Part shown: one piece after another, positions 33,434 through 42,640 of the stretch
Layout of the letters: each line of letters begins with the position of its first letter
How positions within the stretch are numbered: the first letter of the stretch is position 1
Origin: an uncultured delta proteobacterium
GTDB lineage: Bacteria; Myxococcota; Myxococcia; Myxococcales; Anaeromyxobacteraceae
Assembly (NCBI GenBank): GCA_963814585.1
Contig: CAWFDF010000009.1
Location: 160,001-224,000, forward strand
Direction: 5' to 3'
DNA: 64,000 bases
Made by a program: the position numbers and the translations under genes
The notes under the pieces: model-generated
What the model was told of the DNA's origin: nothing
The model's input: only the letters and a program-made list of their open reading frames with translations
Databases searched by the model: none

Positions 33434-33832
33434 ATGAAGTCCAGGAGCTACACCGTTCGCTACGAGAAGGACCCGTCGGGTTGGTGGATCGTCACGGTGC
33501 CCGAGGTCCAGGGGTGCCTGACGCAGGGCCGCAGCCTGGCCGAGGGTCGGAGGCGAATTCGCGAGGCGCTGGCCCTCTTCGTCGATGAGGCTGCAGCCGC
33601 TCGCGCGGAGCTGGTGGACGACATCCGCCTGCCGGCCCGGACCAGCGCCGTGGTCCGCAAGGCCGCCTCGGCTCGCGGCCAGCTCGACCGGGTCCAGGCC
33701 GAGGCGATGAAGGCCACGGCCACCGCCGCCACCCTGCTCACGCGGAAGTTCGGACTATCAGTGCGCGATGCCGCCGAGCTGCTCGGGGTCTCCTACCAGC
33801 GGATCCAGCAGCTCGCTGGCGCACGGCGATAG
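33434..33832 (+). CDS. hicB: HicB antitoxin with C-terminal HTH
   Basis: VPEVQGCLTQGRSLAE..IREAL; GLSVRDAAELLGVSYQRIQQL; AGGAGG RBS. Confidence 0.9.
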   Translation: MKSRSYTVRYEKDPSGWWIVTVPEVQGCLTQGRSLAEGRRRIREALALFVDEAAAARAELVDDIRLPARTSAVVRKAASARGQLDRVQAEAMKATATAATLLTRKFGLSVRDAAELLGVSYQRIQQLAGARR

Positions 33833-33965
33833 CTGCGTCAGGTTGGTCGAAGGTGCGGGCGCCGGCTGCACTCTCGAACCTGGCAGCGCAGAGGGCGCGG
33901 ACGGGGGAGGTCGTGGGGGCCGCGTCCCTACCTACTGAAGATCGACAGCCGTGGGGCGGGCGGGA

Positions 33966-35200
33966 TCAGCGCCCGGTGAGCACCTTCCACGCCGCGCTGA
34001 TGGGCCGCCACAGGTAGGAGAGCGCCAGCAGCACCGGCCGCCCCTCGACGCCGTACCGCTTCGCCATGTAGCTGCGGGCGGGGAAGAGGCAGCGAGACCC
34101 CGTTGCAGGCGCAGGGCCCTGACCCGGTCCACGAGCGCCGCCCGGCTGGCGGCGAGCGGCGCGCCCAGGCGCGTGGCGAGCATCCACCACGGCGCCAGGG
34201 CCACCTCCGCCCCACGCCCGCGGAGCAGGCCCGGCCTCGCCACGGCCCTTCGCGTCTCCTCGACCAGGAGCGCGGACCTGCCCACGGTGGGCCCGTAGCT
34301 CGCCTGCGCCCGCTCCAGCGAGGCGCCGAGCGCCAGCAGCACGTGGACGTCGGCGACGTGGCGCGGGAGGAGCCACGGCGTGGACTGGTGGCTGCTCGAG
34401 GACGTGGTCGCAGAGGATCCCGAGCTGATCGTCCAGGCCGGGCGTCACCACGCCGCTCACCTTCGAGGTGACGGCGCTCGCTCCAGAGCCGCCCGGCGCG
34501 GCGCCGTCGCTCCCTCCGGGAAGCCGGTGGTGGAGCTCCACCAGACGCCGTGAAGCTCCACGGGCCGACAGGTGGTGATGCCTGGGCCGTCTCGCCCGGC
34601 GCGACGATCGAGCGACCGACCGTCGAAGCCGATGGGGTGCCTCTCGCCGCCGAAGCCCGGCCCCGAGGAGCACCTCCCGCGCGGCCTGGGCCCGCCCCGG
34701 CTCGACGAGGAGGTCCACGTCGGTCTGCTGGCGCACGGCGTGGTAGGCGGGCGCGCCGAGCGCGAAGGCCGCCCCCTTGATGGCGAGCGTGGCCAGGCCC
34801 GCCTCGGCGAGGCAGCGCTGGGCCCGCGCCGCGACGCTGGCGAAGAGGGCGTTCTGGGCGATGGTGTGGGCCGCCTCGGCGGCGAGCCGCTCCAGGACCT
34901 CCCCGGGGACCGAGCCCGAGACGCCGGCGTCGTGGACGGCGGCGTGGACCATGGCGCCGAGGCCAAGCGATTGGGCCTGGGAGATGGATCGCGGCCCAGT
35001 CGAGGCCGCGCCGTGACAGGTCCCGGAGGCGCTCCACGTCCAGGCCACCGTGGAAGAGCGTCCCGAGGAGGAAGGCGCGCTCGGGGCCGCGCAGCGACGA
35101 CCGGCGCGAAGGACTCACCGGCGCACTCGCGGGGCGTGGTGCGCGGCTCGTGGCGCAGGCGGCGCGACGGCGAGCCGCGATGGGAGTCGAGGAGCCGCAT
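33966..35200 (-). pseudogene. Nucleotidyltransferase family (NTP_transf_5-like) gene with several frameshifts
   Basis: LAIKGAAF...RQQTDVDLLV and VELHH fragments spread over three frames; boundaries approximate. Confidence 0.62.
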
Positions 35201-35239
35201 CCGCCACCACGGTACCCGGAACGGCGGCCCGGGCGAAGT

Positions 35240-35545
35240 CGCGCCGGCGACTCCTCGAGCTGGGTCCTTCCGACCGACCCAGGCCCAGGCGACCGGGTCC
35301 CAGGTGCCATCGACCCTTCCCTCCAGGCGATCCAGCGCCTTCGCCACCTGCTCACACTGGCAGGGGCGGACGCGGCCGACGAAGCTCCTGGGGTGGCGGG
35401 TCTTCACGACCGCCTCGTCGTCCACCGAGAGCGCCTCGAAGAGCTTCTCGCCGGGGCGGATCCCGGTGAACCGGAGCTCGACGTCGTCGCCGGGCCCGAC
35501 GCCGGAGAGGGTGAGGAGGTCGCGGCCCAGATCGACTCCCAGCAC
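35240..35545 (-). pseudogene. C-terminal relic of CapD/PglF-type UDP-sugar dehydratase
   Basis: DLGRDLLTLSG...FTGIRPGEKLFEAL...KTRHP matches the family's C-terminal GxRPGEKLxEEL motif; no N-terminal part upstream. Confidence 0.75.
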
Positions 35546-35621
35546 AGGTCAGCGATGAACCTTCCTCGACCAGCGCTCGGGCACTAGAGTGACCGCTGCA
35601 CACACCGCCTTGGGGGCAGGG

Positions 35622-36945
35622 ATGAGCGAGTTGCTGACGAGCATCAAGGGCCGCACCGCCCGCATCGGCGTCATCGGGCAGGGCTACGTCGGCCTGCCGC
35701 TGGCGCTGGTCTTCTGCGAGGCGGGCTTTCCCGTCACCGGCTTCGACCTCGACCCGGTCAAGGTGGCGGCGCTGAACCGAGGCGAGTCGTACATCCAGCA
35801 CATCGGGCCGGAGCGGGTGAAGAAGGCGGTGAGCCGGCGGCCGGTTCACGGCCACCACCGACCTGGACGGGCTGCGCGAGTGCGACGCCGTCATCATCTG
35901 CGTGCCGACCCCGCTCGGCCCGCACCGCGAGCCAGACAACTCCTACATCCACCGGACCGCCGAGGAGATCGCCCGGCGGCTGCGGCCGGGACAGCTGGTC
36001 ATCCTGGAGTCGACCACCTACCCGGGCACCACCGACGGCGAGGTGCTGCCGATCCTGAAGAAGAGCGGCCTGCGCTGCCCCGAGGACTTCCTGCTGGCCT
36101 TCTCGCCGGAGCGCGAGGACCCGGGGCGCAAGGACTTCACGACCCGGTCCATCCCCAAGGTGGTGGGCGGCGTCAACGCCGCGTCCACCGAGGCGGCGGT
36201 GGCGCTCTACACGGCGGGGCTCGACCAGGTGGTGGCGGTGTCGTCGTCGCGGGTGGCCGAGTCCTCCAAGCTGCTGGAGAACATCTTCCGGTCGGTGAAC
36301 ATCGCGCTGGTGAACGAGCTGAAGGTGATCCTGGACAAGATGGGCATCGACGTCTGGGAGGTGATCGCGGCGGCCAGCACGAAGCCGTTCGGCTACATGC
36401 CGTTCTACCCGGGGCCGGGCCTGGGCGGGCACTGCATCCCGCTCGATCCCTTCTACCTCTCCTGGAAGGCGGCCGAGCACGGCGAGTGGGCGCGCTTCAT
36501 CGAGCTGGCGGGGGAGATCAACACGCGCATGCCGCGCTACGTGGTGGACAAGGTGATGCACGCCCTCAACGAGGACGGCAAGGCGCTCAAGGGCTCGCGG
36601 GTGCTGGTGCTCGGCCTGGCCTACAAGGCCAACGTGGACGACGACCGGGAGTCGCCGTCGTACGAGATCCTGGAGCTGCTCCAGGAGCTGGGGGCGCGGA
36701 TCGACTACTGCGATCCGCACTTCCCGGCGACGCGCAAGGGGCGGCACCACGACCTGTCGCTCGAGTCCGTCCCGTGCGACGCCGCGACCTTCGGCCGCTA
36801 CGACGCGGTGGTGGTCTCGACGGCGCACGAGGCGTTCAAGAAGGCGGAGCTCTGGGGTGGCGTGAAGCTGGCGATCGACGCCCGCAACCTGGTGGCGCCG
36901 CTCTTCGCCGGGCGGGCCCTGCCCTGCCGGCTGGTGAAGGCCTAG
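35622..36945 (+). CDS. wbpA: UDP-N-acetylhexosamine 6-dehydrogenase (WbpA/TviB/WecC family), frameshift near 35840
   Basis: GQGYVGLPLA, ESTTYPGTT, FSPEREDPG, GPGLGGHCIPLDPFYLSWKA, DDDRESP. Confidence 0.85.
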
Positions 36946-37965
36946 ATGACCGCGCCGTGGGAGGCGGCCGTCGCCAGGCGGAAGGCGACCTGGCTGGTGA
37001 CCGGGGGGGCGGGGTTCATCGGCTCGCACCTGGTGGAGCACCTGCTGCGGCTGGGGCAGCGGGTGCGGGTGCTGGACAGCTTCGCCACCGGCCACCGCTC
37101 CAACCTGGAGGCGGCCGCCGGGGCGCACCAGGCCAACCTGGAGGTGATCGAGGGTGACATCCGGGATCCGGCGGCCTGCGAAGCCGCCTGCCGGGGCGTG
37201 GAGCTGATCCTCCACCAGGCGGCGCTCGGCTCGGTCCCGCGCTCCATCCTGGACCCGCTGGCGAGCCACGAGGTGAACGTCACGGGCTTTCTGAACGTGC
37301 TGCAGGCGGCGCGCGGGGCCGGGATCAAGCGGGTGGTCTACGCCAGCTCCAGCTCGGTCTACGGGGATCACCCGACGCTGCCCAAGGTGGAGGACCAGGT
37401 GGGGCGGCAGCTCTCGCCCTATGCGGTGACCAAGTACGCCGACGAGCTCTACGCGCACGTCTTCGGCGCGGCCTACGGGCTGGAGCTGCTGGGGCTGCGC
37501 TACTTCAACGTGTTCGGCCCCCGGCAGGACCCCGAGGGGCCCTACGCGGCGGTGATCCCGATCTGGTTCCGGTGCCTGTACCAGGGCGAGCCGGCCTACG
37601 TGAACGGCGACGGGGAGACGAGCCGGGACTTCTGCTACGTGGACAACGTGGTGCAGGCCAACCTGCTGGCGGCGACGACGACGAGGCCCGAGGCGATCGG
37701 ACAGGTCTACAACGTGGCCTTCGGCGAGCAGACGACGCTGGCGCGGCTCTTCCTGCTGATGCGGGGCGAGGTGGCGCGGGTGCGACCCGAGGCCGCCAGG
37801 CTCGAGCTGAGCCACCGGCCGTTCCGCGACGGAGACATCCGCCACTCGCTGGCCGACATCGGGAGGGCGCGGAGGCTGCTCGGCTACGAGCCGACGGTGT
37901 CGGTGGGCGAGGGGATCGCGCGCGCCACCGCGTCGTACGCGCCGGCCCCTACCTCTTCAGCCTGA
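36946..37965 (+). CDS. wbpP: UDP-GlcNAc(A) 4-epimerase (WbpP/TviC type)
   Basis: TGGAGFIGS, QAALGSVPRS, YAVTK, LRYFNVFGPRQDP. Confidence 0.88.
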   Translation: MTAPWEAAVARRKATWLVTGGAGFIGSHLVEHLLRLGQRVRVLDSFATGHRSNLEAAAGAHQANLEVIEGDIRDPAACEAACRGVELILHQAALGSVPRSILDPLASHEVNVTGFLNVLQAARGAGIKRVVYASSSSVYGDHPTLPKVEDQVGRQLSPYAVTKYADELYAHVFGAAYGLELLGLRYFNVFGPRQDPEGPYAAVIPIWFRCLYQGEPAYVNGDGETSRDFCYVDNVVQANLLAATTTRPEAIGQVYNVAFGEQTTLARLFLLMRGEVARVRPEAARLELSHRPFRDGDIRHSLADIGRARRLLGYEPTVSVGEGIARATASYAPAPTSSA

Positions 37966-38008
37966 CCACGTTCCCGGCCTGCTGCTCCGCCGCCGCGCTC
38001 TCGAGGCG
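37942..38008. repeat. 67-bp exact direct repeat, left copy
   Basis: Identical to 39879-39945 (CCGGCCCCTACCTCTTCAGCCTGACC...CTCGAGGCG). Confidence 0.97.
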
Positions 38009-38102
38009 GTCGTCTCCCGGCCACTCGGGGACGAGGCCGAGGCGGGCGCACGCATAAGGGTTCCTACTCCGGCCGGTCGAAGAGGCCATGGTGACGTGCC
38101 CA

Positions 38103-38603
38103 TCAGGCAAACTCGCCGGCACTGACGGGGTACCGCCCTCCGGAGCGTATGAGCTCGTCTACCAGGCCCACCGATTCGGGCCCTGTCAACAGGCCATTCC
38201 GCACGCCGCGAGCGACGAGCGCGAGGGTCCGAACGACCTTGACTCCGCGCTCGCGGCCAACCTGGGCTGCGGTCTGGTCATCGGTGAACGCGACCGCGCC
38301 GTGCGCCTCGGCGAATGCCAGCACGGTAGCCTCACCGACGTCGTGCCTTCCTGACCCAAGGCGCCGGGCGTACTGGCCGAAGAGGAAGAGCTCGTGCAAG
38401 TCGTCGAGCGGCTCGACCCGGAGCCAGGGCAGGTCGATGGCGTCCTGGAGCTCGGGGTATTCCCGAAGTCCCGCTCGAAGCTCATCGACGACGGCGGTCG
38501 TCGTGACACGCTCGTCATTCGCTGCGAGGCGGTCGAGCATTCGCAGCTGCCTCGCCCTGGCGAAGGCGCTCAGCGGCGCGCTGTCGAAGACGAGTACGGC
38601 CAT
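38103..38603 (-). CDS. PIN-fold protein (DUF3368-like)
   Basis: LVFDSAPL, TTAVVDEL, DVGEATVLAFAE, FTDD..A..VGRERG. Confidence 0.78.
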   Translation of the reverse strand: MAVLVFDSAPLSAFARARQLRMLDRLAANDERVTTTAVVDELRAGLREYPELQDAIDLPWLRVEPLDDLHELFLFGQYARRLGSGRHDVGEATVLAFAEAHGAVAFTDDQTAAQVGRERGVKVVRTLALVARGVRNGLLTGPESVGLVDELIRSGGRYPVSAGEFA

Positions 38604-38605
38604 CG

Positions 38606-39722
38606 TCAGTCGAGCTCGAACTGTGCTCGCATCGACTCAAGCGGCACGTGGTCCTCTGGCGGGAGATCCTGTGCCGAGACCGCGCCGTGGAGCAGGTCGA
38701 GCGTGCGGCCGCGACCGAGCTTGTGGCGCCTGAACGCCCGGATGACGGCCTGTGCGTAGCGTGGCGGCACCGCCGGCGCCGACAGCTCCTCCCGGATGGT
38801 GACCCCGCCTTCCAGGTAGTCGGCCCTGGTGGGCGCGTCGGAACGCAGTCGATCGTGGGCGTTCGCGTCGATGAGGTCGAGGTTCCGCAGGTGTCCCAGG
38901 ACCGCGGTCCAGCTCACGCCGAATTCGGACCCGAGCGCGAGGGCTGCAGGGCGCGGCTCTCGCCGGCCGTCGAGCTCGAGCCACCTGGCTGGCACATGCC
39001 TCTCGGGGCATGAGGAAGTGGATCACGAAGGCGTTGATGAGCCGCTCCCGCCCGTCCGGGTCGGGACCGACGATCCACTCGTCGGAGAAGTCGTCGGAGA
39101 AGACATGATGGCCGAGCTCGTGCGCCAGGGTGAAGCGCCGGCGGCCGGACGGCTTGGCGCCATTCACGACGGCGACGCCGCCTGCATCCAGTCGCAGGTA
39201 GGATCCGTCGAGGGACTCGTCCCGGAGGTCGATGCAGAAGGCGTAGCACCCGAGGCGCTCCGCCACGGCGAGGAGGTCCCAGACCGGGCCAGGCGAGAGG
39301 TCCAGGTGGTGCCGCAGGGTGCGCGCGGCCACCTCTGCGCTCTCGACCGAGTCCACGGCTGCCAGCCTGGGCGTGGGAGGTGGCGCGAGAAGGCCCAGTT
39401 CGGTGACCAGCTTCACGTCGTGGGCGAGCCCGTCCAACACGGCGTCGGCCCTCGACTCATCGGTGGTCTCGCGGCGCCTTCGCCTGCTCACCACGGCAGG
39501 GAGCGGGGGCGAGAGGAACCATTCGATGGACCGCTTGAGGACGCTCGCGATCCGGACCAGCTCCAGCGAGTCGAGCTTGCGCTCACCCGACTCCAGCTTG
39601 GTGATGGCCGTACGGTCGAGGTTCACCGCGGCTGCAAGGTCAGCCTGGCTCAGCCGCGCGACCTTTCGAGCCTCGGCGACCCTGGCCCCGAGCTCCTGCC
39701 AGCTCTTGAGTGCCTGTGCCAT
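38606..39722 (-). CDS. XRE HTH + ImmA/IrrE (peptidase M78) fusion, frameshift near 39000
   Basis: LSQADLA...RTAITKLESGERK HTH; RRRFTLAHELGH zinc motif; ERLINAFVIHFLMP. Confidence 0.88.
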
Positions 39723-39758
39723 GGTGCGAAAATAGCACATGGCCTGGGACCGAACGGA

Positions 39759-39775
39759 GGTGAACATGCGTACAG
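39759..39775 (-). promoter_or_regulatory. Myxococcus-type LexA (SOS) box upstream of the ImmA-PIN operon
   Basis: Minus strand CTGTACGCATGTTCACC matches CTRHAMRYBYGTTCAGS at 15/17; overlaps a TAGACT -10 (39774-39779) and its expected start site. Confidence 0.62.
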
Positions 39776-39878
39776 TCTACGCACCTCCCTGACATTCCCC
39801 CGCCTTCGGGTCGGCCCCCCCGCCTCGCGCCCCCGGCCCGAGGATCCCGCCCGCGTCCACCCGGTCGCGCCCGCGTCC

Positions 39879-39945
39879 CCGGCCCCTACCTCTTCAGCCT
39901 GACCACGTTCCCGGCCTGCTGCTCCGCCGCCGCGCTCTCGAGGCG
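39879..39945. repeat. 67-bp exact direct repeat, right copy
   Basis: Identical to 37942-38008; contains the wecA-like stop codon. Confidence 0.97.
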
Positions 39946-41368
39946 ATCGAGCGCCGAGGAGACGTGCTCGCAGAGCAGCTCGACGCCGATCTCCACGTCG
40001 CGGTGGACGGTGAGGCGGCCGTCGGTCCAGGCGAGGTCGAGGTGGTCGTCTCCCGGCCGCTCGGGGATGAGGCCGTAGCGGGCCCGGAGCGCCCCGGACG
40101 GCAGGCCGGCCAGCCCCTCGCTCCAGGGGCCAGCTGTCGGCGCGATCCGCGAGGCGGCCGAGCGTGAGGCCGACGCCGGTGGCGCCGAAGACGCCGGCCG
40201 AGGCCCGGACCACCTCCCAGACCTCCAGCGGCGTGGCCGCCCGCTGCAGCTGCTCCCCGGCCCGGCGGACGGCGCCGCGCATGTCGAGGTTGAGCCTGCG
40301 GTCGAGCAGGGCCGCCTGGGCCTTGGCGAGGTCGATGAACCCGAGGGCGCGCAGGGCCACGAAGGAGAGGGCGGCGACCGCCAGCAGGACCACCGCGGCA
40401 GCGGCGCCGTTGGTGAAGCTGACGGCCAGGGCCGCCGCGCCGAAGAGGGCGGCGCCGAGGTAGATGACCAGCACGGCCTGGCGGTGGCTCAGGCCGCGAT
40501 CCATGAGCCGGTGGTGGATGTGGCCGCGATCGGCCGAGAAGAGCGGCGCGCCGCGGAAGGCGCGGCGGCCCATGGCCAGGAGCGTGTCGGAGATGGGGAT
40601 GCCGAGCGCCAGGATGGGCACCACGATGGCCACGGTGGCGGCGGCCTTGCTGCTGGTCTTGAGCGAGGTGGCGGCGAGGACGAAGCCGAGGAACATGGAC
40701 CCGGTGTCGCCCATGAAGATGGTGGCGGGGTTGAAGTTGTAGAAGAGGAACCCGAGGACGGCGCCGCCCAGCGTGGCGGTGAAGAGGAGCATGAGCGGCT
40801 CGCCGCGGACCGCCGCCAGGGTGAAGATGGTGGCCACGGCGATGAGGGCGACGCCGCCGGCCAGGCCATCGAGCCCGTCGATGAGGTTCATGGCGTTGAT
40901 GACGCCGGCGAACCAGAGCATGGTGAAGGGGAGCGCGAAGACGCCGAGCTGGATGGCCGGGCCGAAGGGCTGGCTGATGTGGTCGATGCGGTAGCCGGCC
41001 CAGTACATGCCGGCGGCGACGGCGAACTGGACCAGGAACTTGGCCCGGGCGCCGCTGCCCTTGAGGTCGTCGAAGACGCCCAGCGCCGCGATGGCCGCCC
41101 CGCCGACGAAGAGGGCGAGCGCCGAGCGCGCATCGGACCAGAGCTGGCGGCCGGTGGCGCTGTTCACGAAGAAGAGGGCGGCGAGCGGGACGAAGAAGGC
41201 GACGACGATGGCGAGCCCACCGAGGCGAGGGATGGCCTTGCCGTGGGTCTTCCGCGACGAGAGCCCGTGATCGAGGAGCCTGAACCGCTGCGCCACCTCC
41301 CGCACGGCGGGCGTGAGGGCGGCGCCGACGAGCGTGGCGGAGACGAAGGCGACGGCGGCGGTTCTCAG
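39886..41368 (-). CDS. wecA: WecA/MraY family undecaprenyl-phosphate HexNAc-1-P transferase with C-terminal extension, frameshift near 40130
   Basis: PRLGG, GVFDD, NAMNLIDGLDGL, NFNPATIFMGDTGS, ADRGHIHHRL; AGGAGG precedes codon 41368 (CTG), so the start is uncertain. Confidence 0.85.
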
Positions 41369-41446
41369 GCGGCTCCCTCCTGCGGGTGACTCGGACCCAC
41401 AGACTACCCGACCGACCGTGCGGGAATCCAATTCGCGGTGCCCACC

Positions 41447-42640
41447 TCAGCGCACAGCCAGCTGCTCAAGGAGCGCGACGAGGGCCCTGGTCCGGTGCCG
41501 CCGGTCGTAGGTGCGCTCGAAGGCTGTCCGGGCGCGCTCGCCGAGCGGGGCTGATCCGCCAGCAGGCGCTTCAGCGCCGCCACGGCGCCGTCCACGTCGC
41601 CGTTCGCCACCACCTCGCCGACGCCCTCGCGCACGACCGTCCGCGCGACCTCGGAGCTCGGCTGGCCCGATGACGAGGCGGGCGGCCCGCCGCCAGCACG
41701 CCGTAGAGCTTGGAGGGCTCGAGCAGGCCGAGCGTGCAGGGGTCCATGGTGACGACGTGGACGTCTCCCGCGGAGAGCGACTCGGCGAGGCGCTCACGCG
41801 GCTGGAACGGGAACAGCCTGACGACGGCAGCTCGCGCGCCGCCGCCTCGACCTCGGCCCGCCTGCCGCCGCCGCCGACGAAGGCGAAGACCAGGTCGGTC
41901 TCGCCGCGCAGGCGGCGCGCGGCCTCGAGCAGCGTGGCGAGGTCGTGGCCGCGCCCCATGTTGCCGGAGTAGAGGACCACCCGCTTCCCGTCGAGCCCGT
42001 GCTCCCGACGGAAGGCGTTGGCCTCGTGGGCCACCGGGCGAACGCCAGCGCCGTCCGCCCAGTTGGGGATGACGTGGACCCGCCCTGCGACGACGCCCTT
42101 GGCCCGAACGCGCTCGGCCATGGCCTCACCCAGGACGACCACGCCGTCGGCGCGCCGCAGGGTGGCCCGTGAGATGCGCTCGAAGGCCCAGGTGACCGGC
42201 GACCGCGGCCCCAGCACGCCGAAGGCCACGGCGAGCTCGGGGTAGACGTCCTGCAGCCAGTAGACGAAGCGCGTGCCCTTCACGACGCGCAGGACGGCGC
42301 CGATGGAGGCGACGAGCGGCGGCGCCGTGGTGGCGAGCACCACGTCGTGCCGCGGGAGGGTGAGCGCGGTGACCAGGGCCGTGGCGAAGAAGGTGGCGTA
42401 GTCGGCGAGGCGGCCCGCGATGGAGCCCTTGCCGAAGGAGGTGCCGCCGGTGCGGACCACCTGCACCCCGCGCCAGGTCTCGCGCGCCGGGAGGCGACGG
42501 CCACCCGGGTAGCCACCGCGGGCCGCCAGCACCGTGACCTGGTGGCCGGCGGCGACGAGGTCCTCGGCGAGATCGGCGGCCAGCTGGGCCACCGCGTCGC
42601 CGTCCGGGCTGAAGAAGTGGTTGAGGAGGAGGACCTTCAT
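41447..42640 (-). CDS. GT4 glycosyltransferase (WcaI/WbuB-like), frameshifts near the 3' end
   Basis: MKVLLLNHFFSPD, WLQDVYPE, IPNWAD, YSGNMGRGH. Confidence 0.85.
   Translation of the reverse strand: MKVLLLNHFFSPDGDAVAQLAADLAEDLVAAGHQVTVLAARGGYPGGRRLPARETWRGVQVVRTGGTSFGKGSIAGRLADYATFFATALVTALTLPRHDVVLATTAPPLVASIGAVLRVVKGTRFVYWLQDVYPELAVAFGVLGPRSPVTWAFERISRATLRRADGVVVLGEAMAERVRAKGVVAGRVHVIPNWADGAGVRPVAHEANAFRREHGLDGKRVVLYSGNMGRGHDLATLLEAARRLRGETDLVFAFVGGGGRRAEVEAAARELPSSGCSRSSRVSASPSRSPRETSTSSPWTPARSACSSPPSSTACWRRAARLVIGPAELRGRADGRARGRRRGGGERRRGRRRGGAEAPAGGSAPLGERARTAFERTYDRRHRTRALVALLEQLAVR

Noticed and set aside
28774..33890. Integron cassette array
   Set aside because: No intI, modules lie on both strands, and the hairpins lack RYYYAAC...GTTRRRY in the required order
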